This document shows positions 39,749-49,210 of a stretch of 64,000 bases of DNA, piece by piece. A program made the translations under genes and the position numbers. This DNA is from Spirochaetia bacterium (GTDB lineage Bacteria; Spirochaetota; Spirochaetia; Treponematales; Treponemataceae), in assembly GCA_900769325.1 (NCBI GenBank), contig CAAGGF010000077.1, positions 43,281-107,280 of the forward strand. Direction: 5' to 3'. Numbering within the stretch: the first letter of the stretch is position 1; each line of letters starts with the position of its first letter. The notes under the pieces are model-generated. The model was given only the letters and a program-made list of their open reading frames with translations, was not told the origin of the DNA and did not search any database.

Positions 39749-39892
39749 TAAAAAGTCAAGAAGATTGTTTCAACAATCAATTGACTTTTTACGCTGTTCC
39801 GTAATGTAATGAGGAACAGCAGTTCAATAATAAGTTTGCAACGCAAACTTTAGGTAAGATAAAGCCGCGCTATTTTAGCGGTTTTATCTTAC
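39749..39892. repeat. Structured intergenic element of four tandem hairpins
   Basis: IRs at 39749-39791, 39793-39820, 39832-39850, 39854-39892. Confidence 0.7.
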
Positions 39893-39955
39893 ACTCCTTG
39901 AAAAGAAATAAGAAAATTTTAAGTGCAAAAAAGTCAGTACAGAAAAATTAAAAAT

Positions 39956-40645
39956 TTATTCGTGCCATTGTAAAATTCTTATCTGCGACAATTTAAAATC
40001 TTCACTATTTTCTATATACATCTGGACATCCATAAAAAATTCATTTTTATAAAACCGAACTAAAGCGATTACGATATTTTCTCTGGAAACAGGATTTCCT
40101 ATAAGATAACTTGAAAAAATCTTTTCACGCACGCCAGATTTTTCATCTTCATTTTGATTTATGTATTCAGGAAATTTCAATGAAAAATAATTTTCATAAC
40201 CGGCTTTTAAATCGTTCTGAAAATAAATCAAAGACTCCATTCCATTTTTTGTAGATTTTATTTTGGAAAGCGAAAAATCTGAAACTGAATCTGAAAGATT
40301 TTTTATAAAAGAAATTAAATCATCAGGCGTTTGAGACAAATCAAGGCTTGAAAAACCTTCTAAAACCGGAAAAACTGGCGGAAAATCAATATTTGATACA
40401 TTTATTACAGGAGGTTTTAGCTGAATTGATGAAAGAATTTTTTCTTCTTTTGTAATGTCCGAAATAAGCCTTACTGCTTCAAGTTCCCGAGTCCAGACTG
40501 TTTTGTCTTCGATTTTTTGCGACATTAGAAGAAGGTTTTCAGTGCCGGCAGAAAGGTTTTCAGAATTATTACCTGAAGAGCAGCTTACATAAAAAAGAGA
40601 AAGAATAAATATAAAAAAAAGTCCAATTTTTTTTAACGCAAACAT
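39956..40645 (-). CDS. Hypothetical lipoprotein
   Basis: Lipobox YVSC; probable ATG at 40645, 7 nt after TGATATAAT. Confidence 0.7.
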   Translation of the reverse strand: MFALKKIGLFFIFILSLFYVSCSSGNNSENLSAGTENLLLMSQKIEDKTVWTRELEAVRLISDITKEEKILSSIQLKPPVINVSNIDFPPVFPVLEGFSSLDLSQTPDDLISFIKNLSDSVSDFSLSKIKSTKNGMESLIYFQNDLKAGYENYFSLKFPEYINQNEDEKSGVREKIFSSYLIGNPVSRENIVIALVRFYKNEFFMDVQMYIENSEDFKLSQIRILQWHE

Positions 40646-40741
40646 TTTTATCATTATATCATAAAAAATAAAATTCTTATAGAAAATTCTTATGTTTTTT
40701 GCTAAAATAATGGAAAATTTATTATAAAAGGAGTACCCCTT

Positions 40742-42766
40742 ATGGCACTAACTCTTGCAGAAAAAATTCTTCAGGAACACATTATTCCACAGGCATGTTC
40801 AGAAACATCATTCACAAAAGGAAAACCGATCGAACGCGGAAAAGACATTGCCATTAAAATCGACCAGACTTTAACACAGGATGCAACGGGAACAATGACA
40901 TATCTTCAATTTGAAACAATCGGTATTCCTCGCGTAAAAACAGAACTTTCAGTTTCTTATGTTGACCATAATACTCTGCAAACAGATTTTAAAAATATGG
41001 ATGATCACCGTTACCTTCAGTCAATAGCTGCAAAATACGGTTTATACTTCAGCAGACCGGGAAACGGAATCTGCCATCAGGTTCACCTTGAATGTTTTGG
41101 AAAACCTGGAAAAACTCTTTTAGGTTCAGACAGCCATACTCCTACTAACGGCGGAATCGGAATGATTGCAATCGGTGCAGGCGGACTTGATGTTGCTGTT
41201 GCAATGGGTGGAGGTGCTTTTCACCTTGCAATGCCTAAAATATTCGGTGTAAAACTTACTGGAAAATTAAAAAAAGGTGTCGGTGCAAAAGACATTATCC
41301 TTGAAGTTTTAAAAAGAGAAACAGTAAAAGGCGGAACTCTTGCTATTTATGAATATTTCGGTGAAGGCGTAAAATCCCTTACAGTTCCGCAGCGTGCAAC
41401 AATCACAAATATGGGAGCAGAATTAGGAGCAACATGTTCTATCTTCCCTTCAGACGAAAAAACAAAAAACTTTCTTGCATCTATGGGCAGAGAAAACGAC
41501 TGGATGGAATTAAAAGCTGATGAAGGATGCGTATATGATAAAATAATCGAAATCAACTTAGATGAACTTTCGCCGCTTGCAGCATGTCCGCATAATCCTG
41601 ATGTAATAAATTCAGTAAAATCACTTGAAGGACAAAAAATTACTCAAGTTGTAATCGGTTCATGTACAAACTCATCTCTTGACGATTTACAGAGCGTTGC
41701 AGCAATTGTAAAAGGAAAGCACATTGCTCCTAATGTAGAAGCCGGAATCGCTCCAGGAAGCCGAACTACAATTTTAATGGCAGCAAAATCTGGAATTCTT
41801 GAAACTTTATACGAAGCAGGATTTAGAATTCTTGAAAGCGCATGCGGACCTTGTATCGGTCAGGGATTTGCTCCAAATTCAGAAGGAGTAACATTAAGGA
41901 CATTCAACAGAAACTTCAAAGGCCGCTCAGGAACTCAGGATGCAAATGTTTACCTTGTAAGCCCGGAAACAGCAGCCGTTTCTGCAATTACAGGAGTTTT
42001 CACAGACCCGGAAAGCTTCCAATACGAAGATCCGTGTTTTATAGACGGAACAAAAATTTCTATGCTTGACGGAAATGACAAACGACTTTCAAAAGAAGAT
42101 GTTCTTTCTGCTGCATTAAACCGCGGAATGATGATTGAGCCGTTATCTGTAGAAGAATCAGAAAAAATCGAAATTCTTCGCGGACCTAACATCAAACCGT
42201 GTCCAAAATGCCGTGAATATAAACCAAAACTTTCACTTCCTGTAAGGTTAAAAACGAAAGACAATGTTTCAACAGATGATATCATGCCTGCAGGAGCAAA
42301 AGTTTTACCGCTTCGCTCAAATATTCCGGAAATCAGCAAATTTACCCTTACCCGTCTCGATGAAACTTTCTACGAAAGATCAGAAAAAGAAAATTTTGCT
42401 GACTGTATTATAGTCGGCGGAGAAAACTACGGACAGGGTTCAAGCCGGGAACACGCAGCATTAGGACCTATGTACCTTGGCGTAAGGGCAATTTTGACTA
42501 AAAGTTTCGCACGCATTCACAAGGCAAATCTCATAAACTACGGAATTATTCCAATGACTTTTGTAAATCCTTCTGATTACGATTTAATCAATCAGGGTGA
42601 TGTACTTGAAATTGTAAACCTTGACCAGGCGTTAAATACAGGATGCGATTTTGAAATAAAGTCAGGTGATAAAACCATAAAAGCCGTAAACGATCTTGCA
42701 GAACGAAGCAGAGAAATCCTTAAACAAGGCGGACTTGCTTCTTATACAAGAAACGGCGGAAACTAA
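40742..42766 (+). CDS. Aconitate hydratase (short aconitase-family [4Fe-4S] hydratase)
   Basis: TLAEKI, QDATG, DH, GICHQ, DSHT, IGSCTN, CGPCIG, FNRNF.GR, TDDIMP, YGQGSSREHA; AAAGGAG SD. Confidence 0.9.
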   Translation: MALTLAEKILQEHIIPQACSETSFTKGKPIERGKDIAIKIDQTLTQDATGTMTYLQFETIGIPRVKTELSVSYVDHNTLQTDFKNMDDHRYLQSIAAKYGLYFSRPGNGICHQVHLECFGKPGKTLLGSDSHTPTNGGIGMIAIGAGGLDVAVAMGGGAFHLAMPKIFGVKLTGKLKKGVGAKDIILEVLKRETVKGGTLAIYEYFGEGVKSLTVPQRATITNMGAELGATCSIFPSDEKTKNFLASMGRENDWMELKADEGCVYDKIIEINLDELSPLAACPHNPDVINSVKSLEGQKITQVVIGSCTNSSLDDLQSVAAIVKGKHIAPNVEAGIAPGSRTTILMAAKSGILETLYEAGFRILESACGPCIGQGFAPNSEGVTLRTFNRNFKGRSGTQDANVYLVSPETAAVSAITGVFTDPESFQYEDPCFIDGTKISMLDGNDKRLSKEDVLSAALNRGMMIEPLSVEESEKIEILRGPNIKPCPKCREYKPKLSLPVRLKTKDNVSTDDIMPAGAKVLPLRSNIPEISKFTLTRLDETFYERSEKENFADCIIVGGENYGQGSSREHAALGPMYLGVRAILTKSFARIHKANLINYGIIPMTFVNPSDYDLINQGDVLEIVNLDQALNTGCDFEIKSGDKTIKAVNDLAERSREILKQGGLASYTRNGGN

Positions 42767-42792
42767 AACTTGAAAATTTTCTAAAAAAAAAG

Positions 42793-42831
42793 AAAACCTC
42801 TAAAAAGTCAAGACGATTTTTTAGAGGTTTT
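42793..42831. terminator. 14-bp inverted repeat, likely bidirectional terminator between aconitase and clpC
   Basis: AAAACCTCTAAAAA ... TTTTTAGAGGTTTT flanked by A- and T-runs. Confidence 0.75.
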
Positions 42832-42850
42832 TATTTTGCATTTTTCAATT

Positions 42851-45445
42851 CTAAAGACTTGAATTTTTAGAGTTTTCCGAAAAAGAATGAACGACTTCCG
42901 TTTTGTTTTCACTTGAACTTTCATCTTTAAAATTTACGCAAACATTTTCACCGTCAAAATCTGCTGAAATTGTTTTAAAAGATGAATTTTCATTTTCTAA
43001 AATCAAGTTTGCAATTCTGTCTTCAAGTTCTTTTTGAATAAGCCTTCTTAACGGTCTTGCACCGAGGGCTGGCTCATAACCTTTTTCGACAAGGAAAGAT
43101 TTTAACTTATCGCTGAAAATTATTGTTAAATCCTTTTCTGAAAGCCTTTCTTTTAATTCTTCAAGTTGAAGACAAACAATTTTTTCGATTTCAGTTTTAG
43201 AAAGCGGATTGAAAACTATAATGTCATCGATTCTGTTTAAAAATTCTGGCGACATTATTTTTTTAAGTTCTTTTTTTGAAACAGATTCCAGTTCTTTTTT
43301 GTCGAGAATATTCCCCATATTAGAAGTAAAACCTGCAACACCTTCATTCATGATATTTTTAGAACCAGCATTGCTTGTCATAATTATTATTGTATTCCTG
43401 AAATTTACAGTATGTCCCATATTATCCTGAAGTTCGCCTTCTTCAAGAAGCTGCAGAAGAAGATTAAAAATATCAGGGTGAGCTTTTTCAATTTCATCTA
43501 AAAGAACAACTGAATACGGATTTTTCCTGATTTTTTCGGTTAAAATTCCGCCGTTTTCAAAACCAACATATCCGGGAGGAGAACCGACAAGTCTTGAAGC
43601 ATTGTGTTTTTCCATATAATCTGACATATCGATTCTTACAAGATGGTCTTCCGAGCCGAAAAGGAATTTTGCAAGAGTTTTTGCAAGTTTTGTTTTTCCA
43701 ACTCCTGTAGGTCCAAGAAATACAAAAGAACCAATCGGTCTGTTTGGAGAAGAAATGCCTACCCTATTGCGCCTGACTGAACTTGCAATTATGCCAACCG
43801 CTTCCTCCTGGCCAACAACGGATTCAGAAAGAACTTTTTCAAGAGATACAAGTTTTTTTGCTTCTGAAGAATCAAGATTTTCAACAGGAATTCCTGTGTG
43901 ATTGTGAATTACAACTGAAACATCTTCTTTAGTAACATGCGGATATTTTGAAGGAGAAACTTCACTCCAAAAATTAACATATACTTCAAGTTTGTGCCTT
44001 AATTCATTTACTTTGTCGCGGATAACGGCTGCAGTTTCATAATCCTGATTTTTTACAAGAAGTTTTTTTTCATTGTCAAGCCGGTTTATTTCTTCTTCCA
44101 GTTCTTCAAGTTCCTTTGGATGAGTTTCTTCTTTTATTTTACGAAGTGCACCTGCTTCATCAAGTAAATCTATCGCTTTATCAGGAAGGAATTTTTCAGG
44201 AACATAACGTTTTGAAAGTTTTACGATAGACGGAATTACATCTTCTTCATAAAAAACATGATGGAATTTTTCGTATTGTGCTTTTATTCCGTTTAAAATT
44301 GAAATGCATTCTTCATCGTTCGGTTCACAAACTTTTACAATCTGAAACCTTCTTTCAAGCGCAGAATCTTTTTCGATGTAACGCATGTATTCTTTTTGCG
44401 TAGTTGCACCAATCATCTGAATTTCCGAGCGGCCAAGTGCAGGTTTTAAAATATTTGATGCATCCATCTGCCCTTCAGGAGCACCGGCTCCGATAATCGA
44501 ATGAAATTCATCGACAAAAATTATCACATTTTTATTCTTTTTTACTTCATCGATAAGTTTTTTCATTCTTTCTTCAAAATCGCCCCTGTATTTTGTTCCT
44601 GCAACGATAGCCGTTAAATCAAGCGAAAGAATTCTTTTATTCATAAGGCTTCTAGGAACATTCCCGGTTGCAATCATTTTTGCAAGGGTTTCAATTACAG
44701 CAGTTTTTCCAACGCCAGGTTCTCCGATTAAAACAGGATTATTTTTGATTTTTCTTGAAAGAATTTGTATCACCTGTTCGATTACATCGTTTCTTGCAAC
44801 AGTCGGCTCTAAAAGTCCTTCTTTTGAAAGTTTTGTAAGGTCTTTTGTATATTGAAAAAGAATCGAATTTTCATTTACAGAAGAATCATTTTTATTCACG
44901 GATGAAGATGAAAAAGAATTTTTAGATGACGGCTTTTTAAAAAAGTCACCGAAAAGATAGTCTGATAAAAGAGAAGTTTTTTCATCGATAGAATTTTGAT
45001 TTTCTTTTGAAAGAGGCTCAAGAGTTTTTACTGTTTCACGGACTTTTGAAAGGGAAATGGCTTCGCCTTGAAAAAATCTGTATGTTACGCTGTCAGGCTC
45101 CCTTAAGCAGCCTAAAAGAAGGTGCTCTGTTCCGATGAATTTTGAGCCTAAAGCCTGAGATTCAATTAATGCAAGGTCAAAAACTTGTGAAAGCCGTCTG
45201 GAATTTGGAATAACCATTTCAATGTCTTTTGGCTGTCTTGTAACAAGAGAATCTGAAATTTCTTTTAGAAGATTTTCGACATTGATTGAAAGTTTTTCTA
45301 AAACAACATATCCTTTTGAAAATTTATTTTCAATCATTGAAATCATCAGGTGTTCAGGTAAAAGTTCTTCGCTTCCAAAACGTTTTCCGGTTTCCTGTGA
45401 TATTACATAAATTAAATGAGATGCATCGCCTGTAAAATTATTCAT
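42851..45445 (-). CDS. clpC: ATP-dependent Clp protease ATPase ClpC
   Basis: Clp_N repeats, GEPGVGKT, GTKYRG, UVR M-domain, GPTGVGKT, RIDMSDY, GSPPGYVG, GARPLRR; downstream of mcsA/mcsB. Confidence 0.92.
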   Translation of the reverse strand: MNNFTGDASHLIYVISQETGKRFGSEELLPEHLMISMIENKFSKGYVVLEKLSINVENLLKEISDSLVTRQPKDIEMVIPNSRRLSQVFDLALIESQALGSKFIGTEHLLLGCLREPDSVTYRFFQGEAISLSKVRETVKTLEPLSKENQNSIDEKTSLLSDYLFGDFFKKPSSKNSFSSSSVNKNDSSVNENSILFQYTKDLTKLSKEGLLEPTVARNDVIEQVIQILSRKIKNNPVLIGEPGVGKTAVIETLAKMIATGNVPRSLMNKRILSLDLTAIVAGTKYRGDFEERMKKLIDEVKKNKNVIIFVDEFHSIIGAGAPEGQMDASNILKPALGRSEIQMIGATTQKEYMRYIEKDSALERRFQIVKVCEPNDEECISILNGIKAQYEKFHHVFYEEDVIPSIVKLSKRYVPEKFLPDKAIDLLDEAGALRKIKEETHPKELEELEEEINRLDNEKKLLVKNQDYETAAVIRDKVNELRHKLEVYVNFWSEVSPSKYPHVTKEDVSVVIHNHTGIPVENLDSSEAKKLVSLEKVLSESVVGQEEAVGIIASSVRRNRVGISSPNRPIGSFVFLGPTGVGKTKLAKTLAKFLFGSEDHLVRIDMSDYMEKHNASRLVGSPPGYVGFENGGILTEKIRKNPYSVVLLDEIEKAHPDIFNLLLQLLEEGELQDNMGHTVNFRNTIIIMTSNAGSKNIMNEGVAGFTSNMGNILDKKELESVSKKELKKIMSPEFLNRIDDIIVFNPLSKTEIEKIVCLQLEELKERLSEKDLTIIFSDKLKSFLVEKGYEPALGARPLRRLIQKELEDRIANLILENENSSFKTISADFDGENVCVNFKDESSSENKTEVVHSFSENSKNSSL

Positions 45446-45446
45446 T

Positions 45447-46562
45447 TTAAATTTCGTTTAACCTCAAAGATTTTGTTAAATTATGAACTAAAACAGCCCG
45501 AAATCTGTCGCGAACCATTTTAGGATTGTCTTTTATGTCTTCTTCAAAAAAAGTCAAGTCTTTATCTTTTGAAAGAAGTTCGATATGCCCGTCTTGAATA
45601 AAATAAAGCAGGTTTTGAAGTTCATAAAACTGCATTCCGCCTAAAAAATTTAATTTTAATCCGAAAAGAAGATCTGAAACAACATTTGCTGCAAACTTTA
45701 GCGGCATAAAAAGGGCTGCCTTTGAAAGAGCAAAAGCCTGTCTTACAGTATTTAAACATACCGTTTTTTTATTATCGGACAAGTCGCATACATTCTTTCG
45801 TTCAAGCTCGATGATTTTTTTTGAAGCGCTTTCAAAATCTGCAATCTGCTCGATTTCTGAAGAATGAAAAAGAGAGTGAGTTGAAACAGTGCAGAAACTT
45901 CCTGAATTAAAATTAAAAAAGGGATTTTTTTCTGACGGTTCTAAAAGAACAAGTTTATGCTCTTTAATGATTTCGTTTAATTCATTTTGTTTTTTATTGA
46001 AAACAATTGCAGGAATATGAAACCGAGCAGAAAGTTTTAAACCGGTTCCAGTATTGTAAAGAAAACTTGAAAGGTAACCGAATTCTTTTGAAAAAGCAAA
46101 TTCCAGATTTTTCTGCAACGCCCTGTCTAAAAGAGAACAGTTTTCATAAAGCTCTTTGATTTTATAACCGTTTGCAGATGAAATTATGTGAATGTGGTCG
46201 ATACAATTGATTTCTGCGTGCACTTTTAAAGAATCAGAAACGAACATTCCTGTAGAATTTAAGAAAATTGAATTGTTTCTGATTTGAGGATATTTCATAA
46301 AGCCGCGTTCGCAAATTGTTTTTAAATATTCAGGTTTATATACAAAATAATTTAAATAATGAAATTGTTCATCGTAGTCAAGCTTTTTAAAAGCATTTGA
46401 AAAAATGTCCGTCACCTTTTCAAGATCGTTTTGAAAATATTTTACCGGAAAAGGAAATGCAGAAAGGTTTCTTGCAAGACGAGCGTAAGTTGAAAGGACA
46501 ACATCATCATCAGGGGATTTTTTATAAAAATTGAACACCTTTTCAAGCATATTAAAATCCAT
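45447..46562 (-). CDS. mcsB: McsB-like ATP:guanido phosphotransferase homologue (catalytic motifs degenerate)
   Basis: ST.ARLARNL..FPFP, DH, FAFS..FGYL, NTGTGLK.S...HIPA, C-terminal RDxxRA; operon context. Confidence 0.8.
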   Translation of the reverse strand: MDFNMLEKVFNFYKKSPDDDVVLSTYARLARNLSAFPFPVKYFQNDLEKVTDIFSNAFKKLDYDEQFHYLNYFVYKPEYLKTICERGFMKYPQIRNNSIFLNSTGMFVSDSLKVHAEINCIDHIHIISSANGYKIKELYENCSLLDRALQKNLEFAFSKEFGYLSSFLYNTGTGLKLSARFHIPAIVFNKKQNELNEIIKEHKLVLLEPSEKNPFFNFNSGSFCTVSTHSLFHSSEIEQIADFESASKKIIELERKNVCDLSDNKKTVCLNTVRQAFALSKAALFMPLKFAANVVSDLLFGLKLNFLGGMQFYELQNLLYFIQDGHIELLSKDKDLTFFEEDIKDNPKMVRDRFRAVLVHNLTKSLRLNEI

Positions 46563-46563
46563 T

Positions 46564-47082
46564 TTAGTCGTTTTCCTTTTTTAACAAATTTTTATCAAGG
46601 TCGTTTAAATAATCCCTGTAAACGGCGGCTTTTTCGTATTCTTCTTTTTGAATTGATTCGGTAAGTTTCTGCTCGATTTGCATTCTGTTTAATAGAAAAT
46701 CTTCCTGATTTTTTAAATTTACAGGTGCAGAGCCGGAATAAAGAGAAACATTTGCGTTTTTTTGGATAAGAGATTTTATTTCGTCCTTAAAAAAAGAATA
46801 GCAGTTTGGACAGCCTAAAACAGAATTATTTTTTATTTCAAATAAACTTGTCGAACAAAGCGGGCAGACTTTTTTTGCATCCTCATCTGTCAAGCTTAAA
46901 TTTTTTTCTACATCAGAAAAAAGTTTTTCAATTCTGGCTTTAAAATCAGGGGATTTTTGTTCAGAATCAATTCCGTAGCGATGTGCACAATCTTTACAGA
47001 TTCCGACTTTTTTCTTTTTAAAAATTGATTCTGCTTCGATATAAATTTCCGCTTTATTTTCACTGCACAACTGGCAAATCAT
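46564..47082 (-). CDS. mcsA: McsA-like protein (four CxxC plus UVR domain)
   Basis: CQLC, CKDC, CPLC, GCPNCY; EEYEKAAVYRD. Confidence 0.85.
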   Translation of the reverse strand: MICQLCSENKAEIYIEAESIFKKKKVGICKDCAHRYGIDSEQKSPDFKARIEKLFSDVEKNLSLTDEDAKKVCPLCSTSLFEIKNNSVLGCPNCYSFFKDEIKSLIQKNANVSLYSGSAPVNLKNQEDFLLNRMQIEQKLTESIQKEEYEKAAVYRDYLNDLDKNLLKKEND

Positions 47083-47189
47083 ATTTTCTCCAAAACACGA
47101 AAACTCTAAAACTTTTTTAAGTGTGCTTAAAAAAAATATAATTTTTAAAAGTTCACTTAAAATATTTTTAATGTTTTAAATTTTACACC

Positions 47190-48518
47190 TTAATTATTTA
47201 CAAAAATATTTAAAGGTTTTTCTTTTCCGGCTTTTAACGCAGGAATTAAAGAAACGATTATCGATAATAATATCATAAATAAAGAACTTAGTAAAATTTC
47301 TTTAAACGGAATTTCTACAGGAATTTCAGTAAGATAAAATGCCGGGTCTAAAAGATGAACATATTCTTCTAAAACGTCTTTTCCTTGAATTTTATGGAAA
47401 AAACTGACTAGAAAATTCAAAACTTTTTCAAAGAAAGAAATTATTTCGTTTAAATTGACGGAACACAAAAGTCCTATCGGAAGGCCTGTAAAAAGTCCTG
47501 AAACAGCACAGAAAATGCCTGCAACAACGAAAGAAAAAGAAATTGACTTTCCGTCTGCACCAATGCTTTTTAAAATTGCAATTTCCTTGCGCCGTTCCAT
47601 CACAAGCATGACAAGGGATGCGGAAATATTTATGGATGCAACGAGAACTATTAAAATCATCACAAAATAAAGCATGATTTTTGTAGACTGAAAATTTTCA
47701 AATTTTGACTGATTTAACGCTTTCCATGAATAAACGGCTGCATCAGAATATGCAAAAGAAGAACAATCATTATGAATTCTATTTAGTTCAGGAGAAAACG
47801 CATCTTTTGTTTTTAACATTACAGAATAAAGTGCACTTTCAGGAGAAAACAGAGAAAATCCACTTTCAAGCGGAATAAAAATCCAAAGTGAATCTATTTC
47901 TTTATATCCGCTTGAAACGACAGCCTGAACTTTAAAATCAGAAACTTTCGGAATTAAATTTCCGTTTACATTTTTTTTAGTCGTGATGATTCTAAAATTG
48001 TCGCCCGGCTTTAAATTTAATTTTTCTGCGATTCCAGAACCGATTAATGCAGTTTTTTCGTTTATTGCAGAAAAATTTAAAAAGCCTTCTGAAAATTTTA
48101 AAAGCGAAGTGATTTTTTTGTCAGCAAAAAATTTTTCAAATTCTACGGCACGAATCTGGCAGCCCGTCCTGAAATTTGAAGAAGATGCAAGACCTTCCAA
48201 ACTGATTTCTTTTTTAACATCCGTAATTCCGTCTATGGAATAAAATTTGTCTGCAAATTCTGTAAAATTTTCAAGAGAAGAAATTACGCGGCTTTTTCGC
48301 CTTACAAAAACATTTAAATGCGATGAAGAAACTTCGATAATTCGTTCTGTCATGCCGGAAATCATACTGTTTGTCATCGTCAAAACTATTACAAGCGGAA
48401 TTATGCTTAAACCGATGCAAATTATTGAAGAAATTACGCTTTTTCGTGCCGTCGATTTTTTTTCGGTCTTTGGAAAAATTAAAGTTTTTGCAAATAAAAG
48501 AGAAGATTTTAAAGTCAT
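47190..48518 (-). CDS. LolC/E-family lipoprotein-release ABC permease
   Basis: FtsX/MacB topology; VMERRKEIAILKSIGA; PALKA..EKP. Confidence 0.85.
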   Translation of the reverse strand: MTLKSSLLFAKTLIFPKTEKKSTARKSVISSIICIGLSIIPLVIVLTMTNSMISGMTERIIEVSSSHLNVFVRRKSRVISSLENFTEFADKFYSIDGITDVKKEISLEGLASSSNFRTGCQIRAVEFEKFFADKKITSLLKFSEGFLNFSAINEKTALIGSGIAEKLNLKPGDNFRIITTKKNVNGNLIPKVSDFKVQAVVSSGYKEIDSLWIFIPLESGFSLFSPESALYSVMLKTKDAFSPELNRIHNDCSSFAYSDAAVYSWKALNQSKFENFQSTKIMLYFVMILIVLVASINISASLVMLVMERRKEIAILKSIGADGKSISFSFVVAGIFCAVSGLFTGLPIGLLCSVNLNEIISFFEKVLNFLVSFFHKIQGKDVLEEYVHLLDPAFYLTEIPVEIPFKEILLSSLFMILLSIIVSLIPALKAGKEKPLNIFVNN

Positions 48519-49210
48519 TTGCGTACAAGATTCCCCTGAATGATTTTATAGATTTCGCTTCCTTTTTCTGCAATTTTTTCATCGTGAGTGACTAAAATCA
48601 GCGTTTTTTCGTATTTGTCTGCCATTTCAAACAAAAGATTTGATATTAAAACTGCATTTTCAGGATCAAGGTTTCCCGTTGGCTCGTCTGCAAGAATTAA
48701 ACTCGGACTGTTTATAAGGGCACGGGCAACTGCAACTCTCTGTCTTTCACCGCCTGAAAGTTCAGAAGGAAGATGATTCATTCTATCTTTTAACCCGACA
48801 TCGACTAAAAGCTGTTCAGCCTTTTTTACGGCATTTTTTTTAGATTCACCCTGCATATAGGCACTCATATAAACATTTTCAAGGGCAGTAAAATCTTTTA
48901 AAAGGTAATGAAACTGAAAAATAAGGCCGATGAAACTTGAACGGTATTTTGAACATTCTTCTTCTGAAAGATTTGTCACATCCCAAGGACCAGCAATAAT
49001 TTTTCCTGAAGTTGCCTTGTCTATAGAACCGATTATGTTTAAAAGGGTGCTCTTTCCGCTTCCGCTTTCACCGATTATGACAGTTTTACTTCCTTTGTTT
49101 ACAGAAAAATTTAAATTTTTTAAGACCGTCAAAGTTTCGCTCTGAGAAAAATAAGTTTTTTCAAGATTTTCAACAGTTAAAATTACATCAGATTTCATGT
49201 AAAACCTCAC
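48515..49210 (-). CDS. lolD: Lipoprotein-release ABC ATPase LolD
   Basis: [41 protein letters not shown]. Confidence 0.88.
   Translation of the reverse strand: MRFYMKSDVILTVENLEKTYFSQSETLTVLKNLNFSVNKGSKTVIIGESGSGKSTLLNIIGSIDKATSGKIIAGPWDVTNLSEEECSKYRSSFIGLIFQFHYLLKDFTALENVYMSAYMQGESKKNAVKKAEQLLVDVGLKDRMNHLPSELSGGERQRVAVARALINSPSLILADEPTGNLDPENAVLISNLLFEMADKYEKTLILVTHDEKIAEKGSEIYKIIQGNLVRK

Noticed and set aside
39749..39892. c-di-GMP-I riboswitch call for the four-hairpin element
   Set aside because: Only an ACGCAAA fragment matches, on the strand opposite to the downstream gene; P1/P2 layout and GNRA-receptor pattern not found
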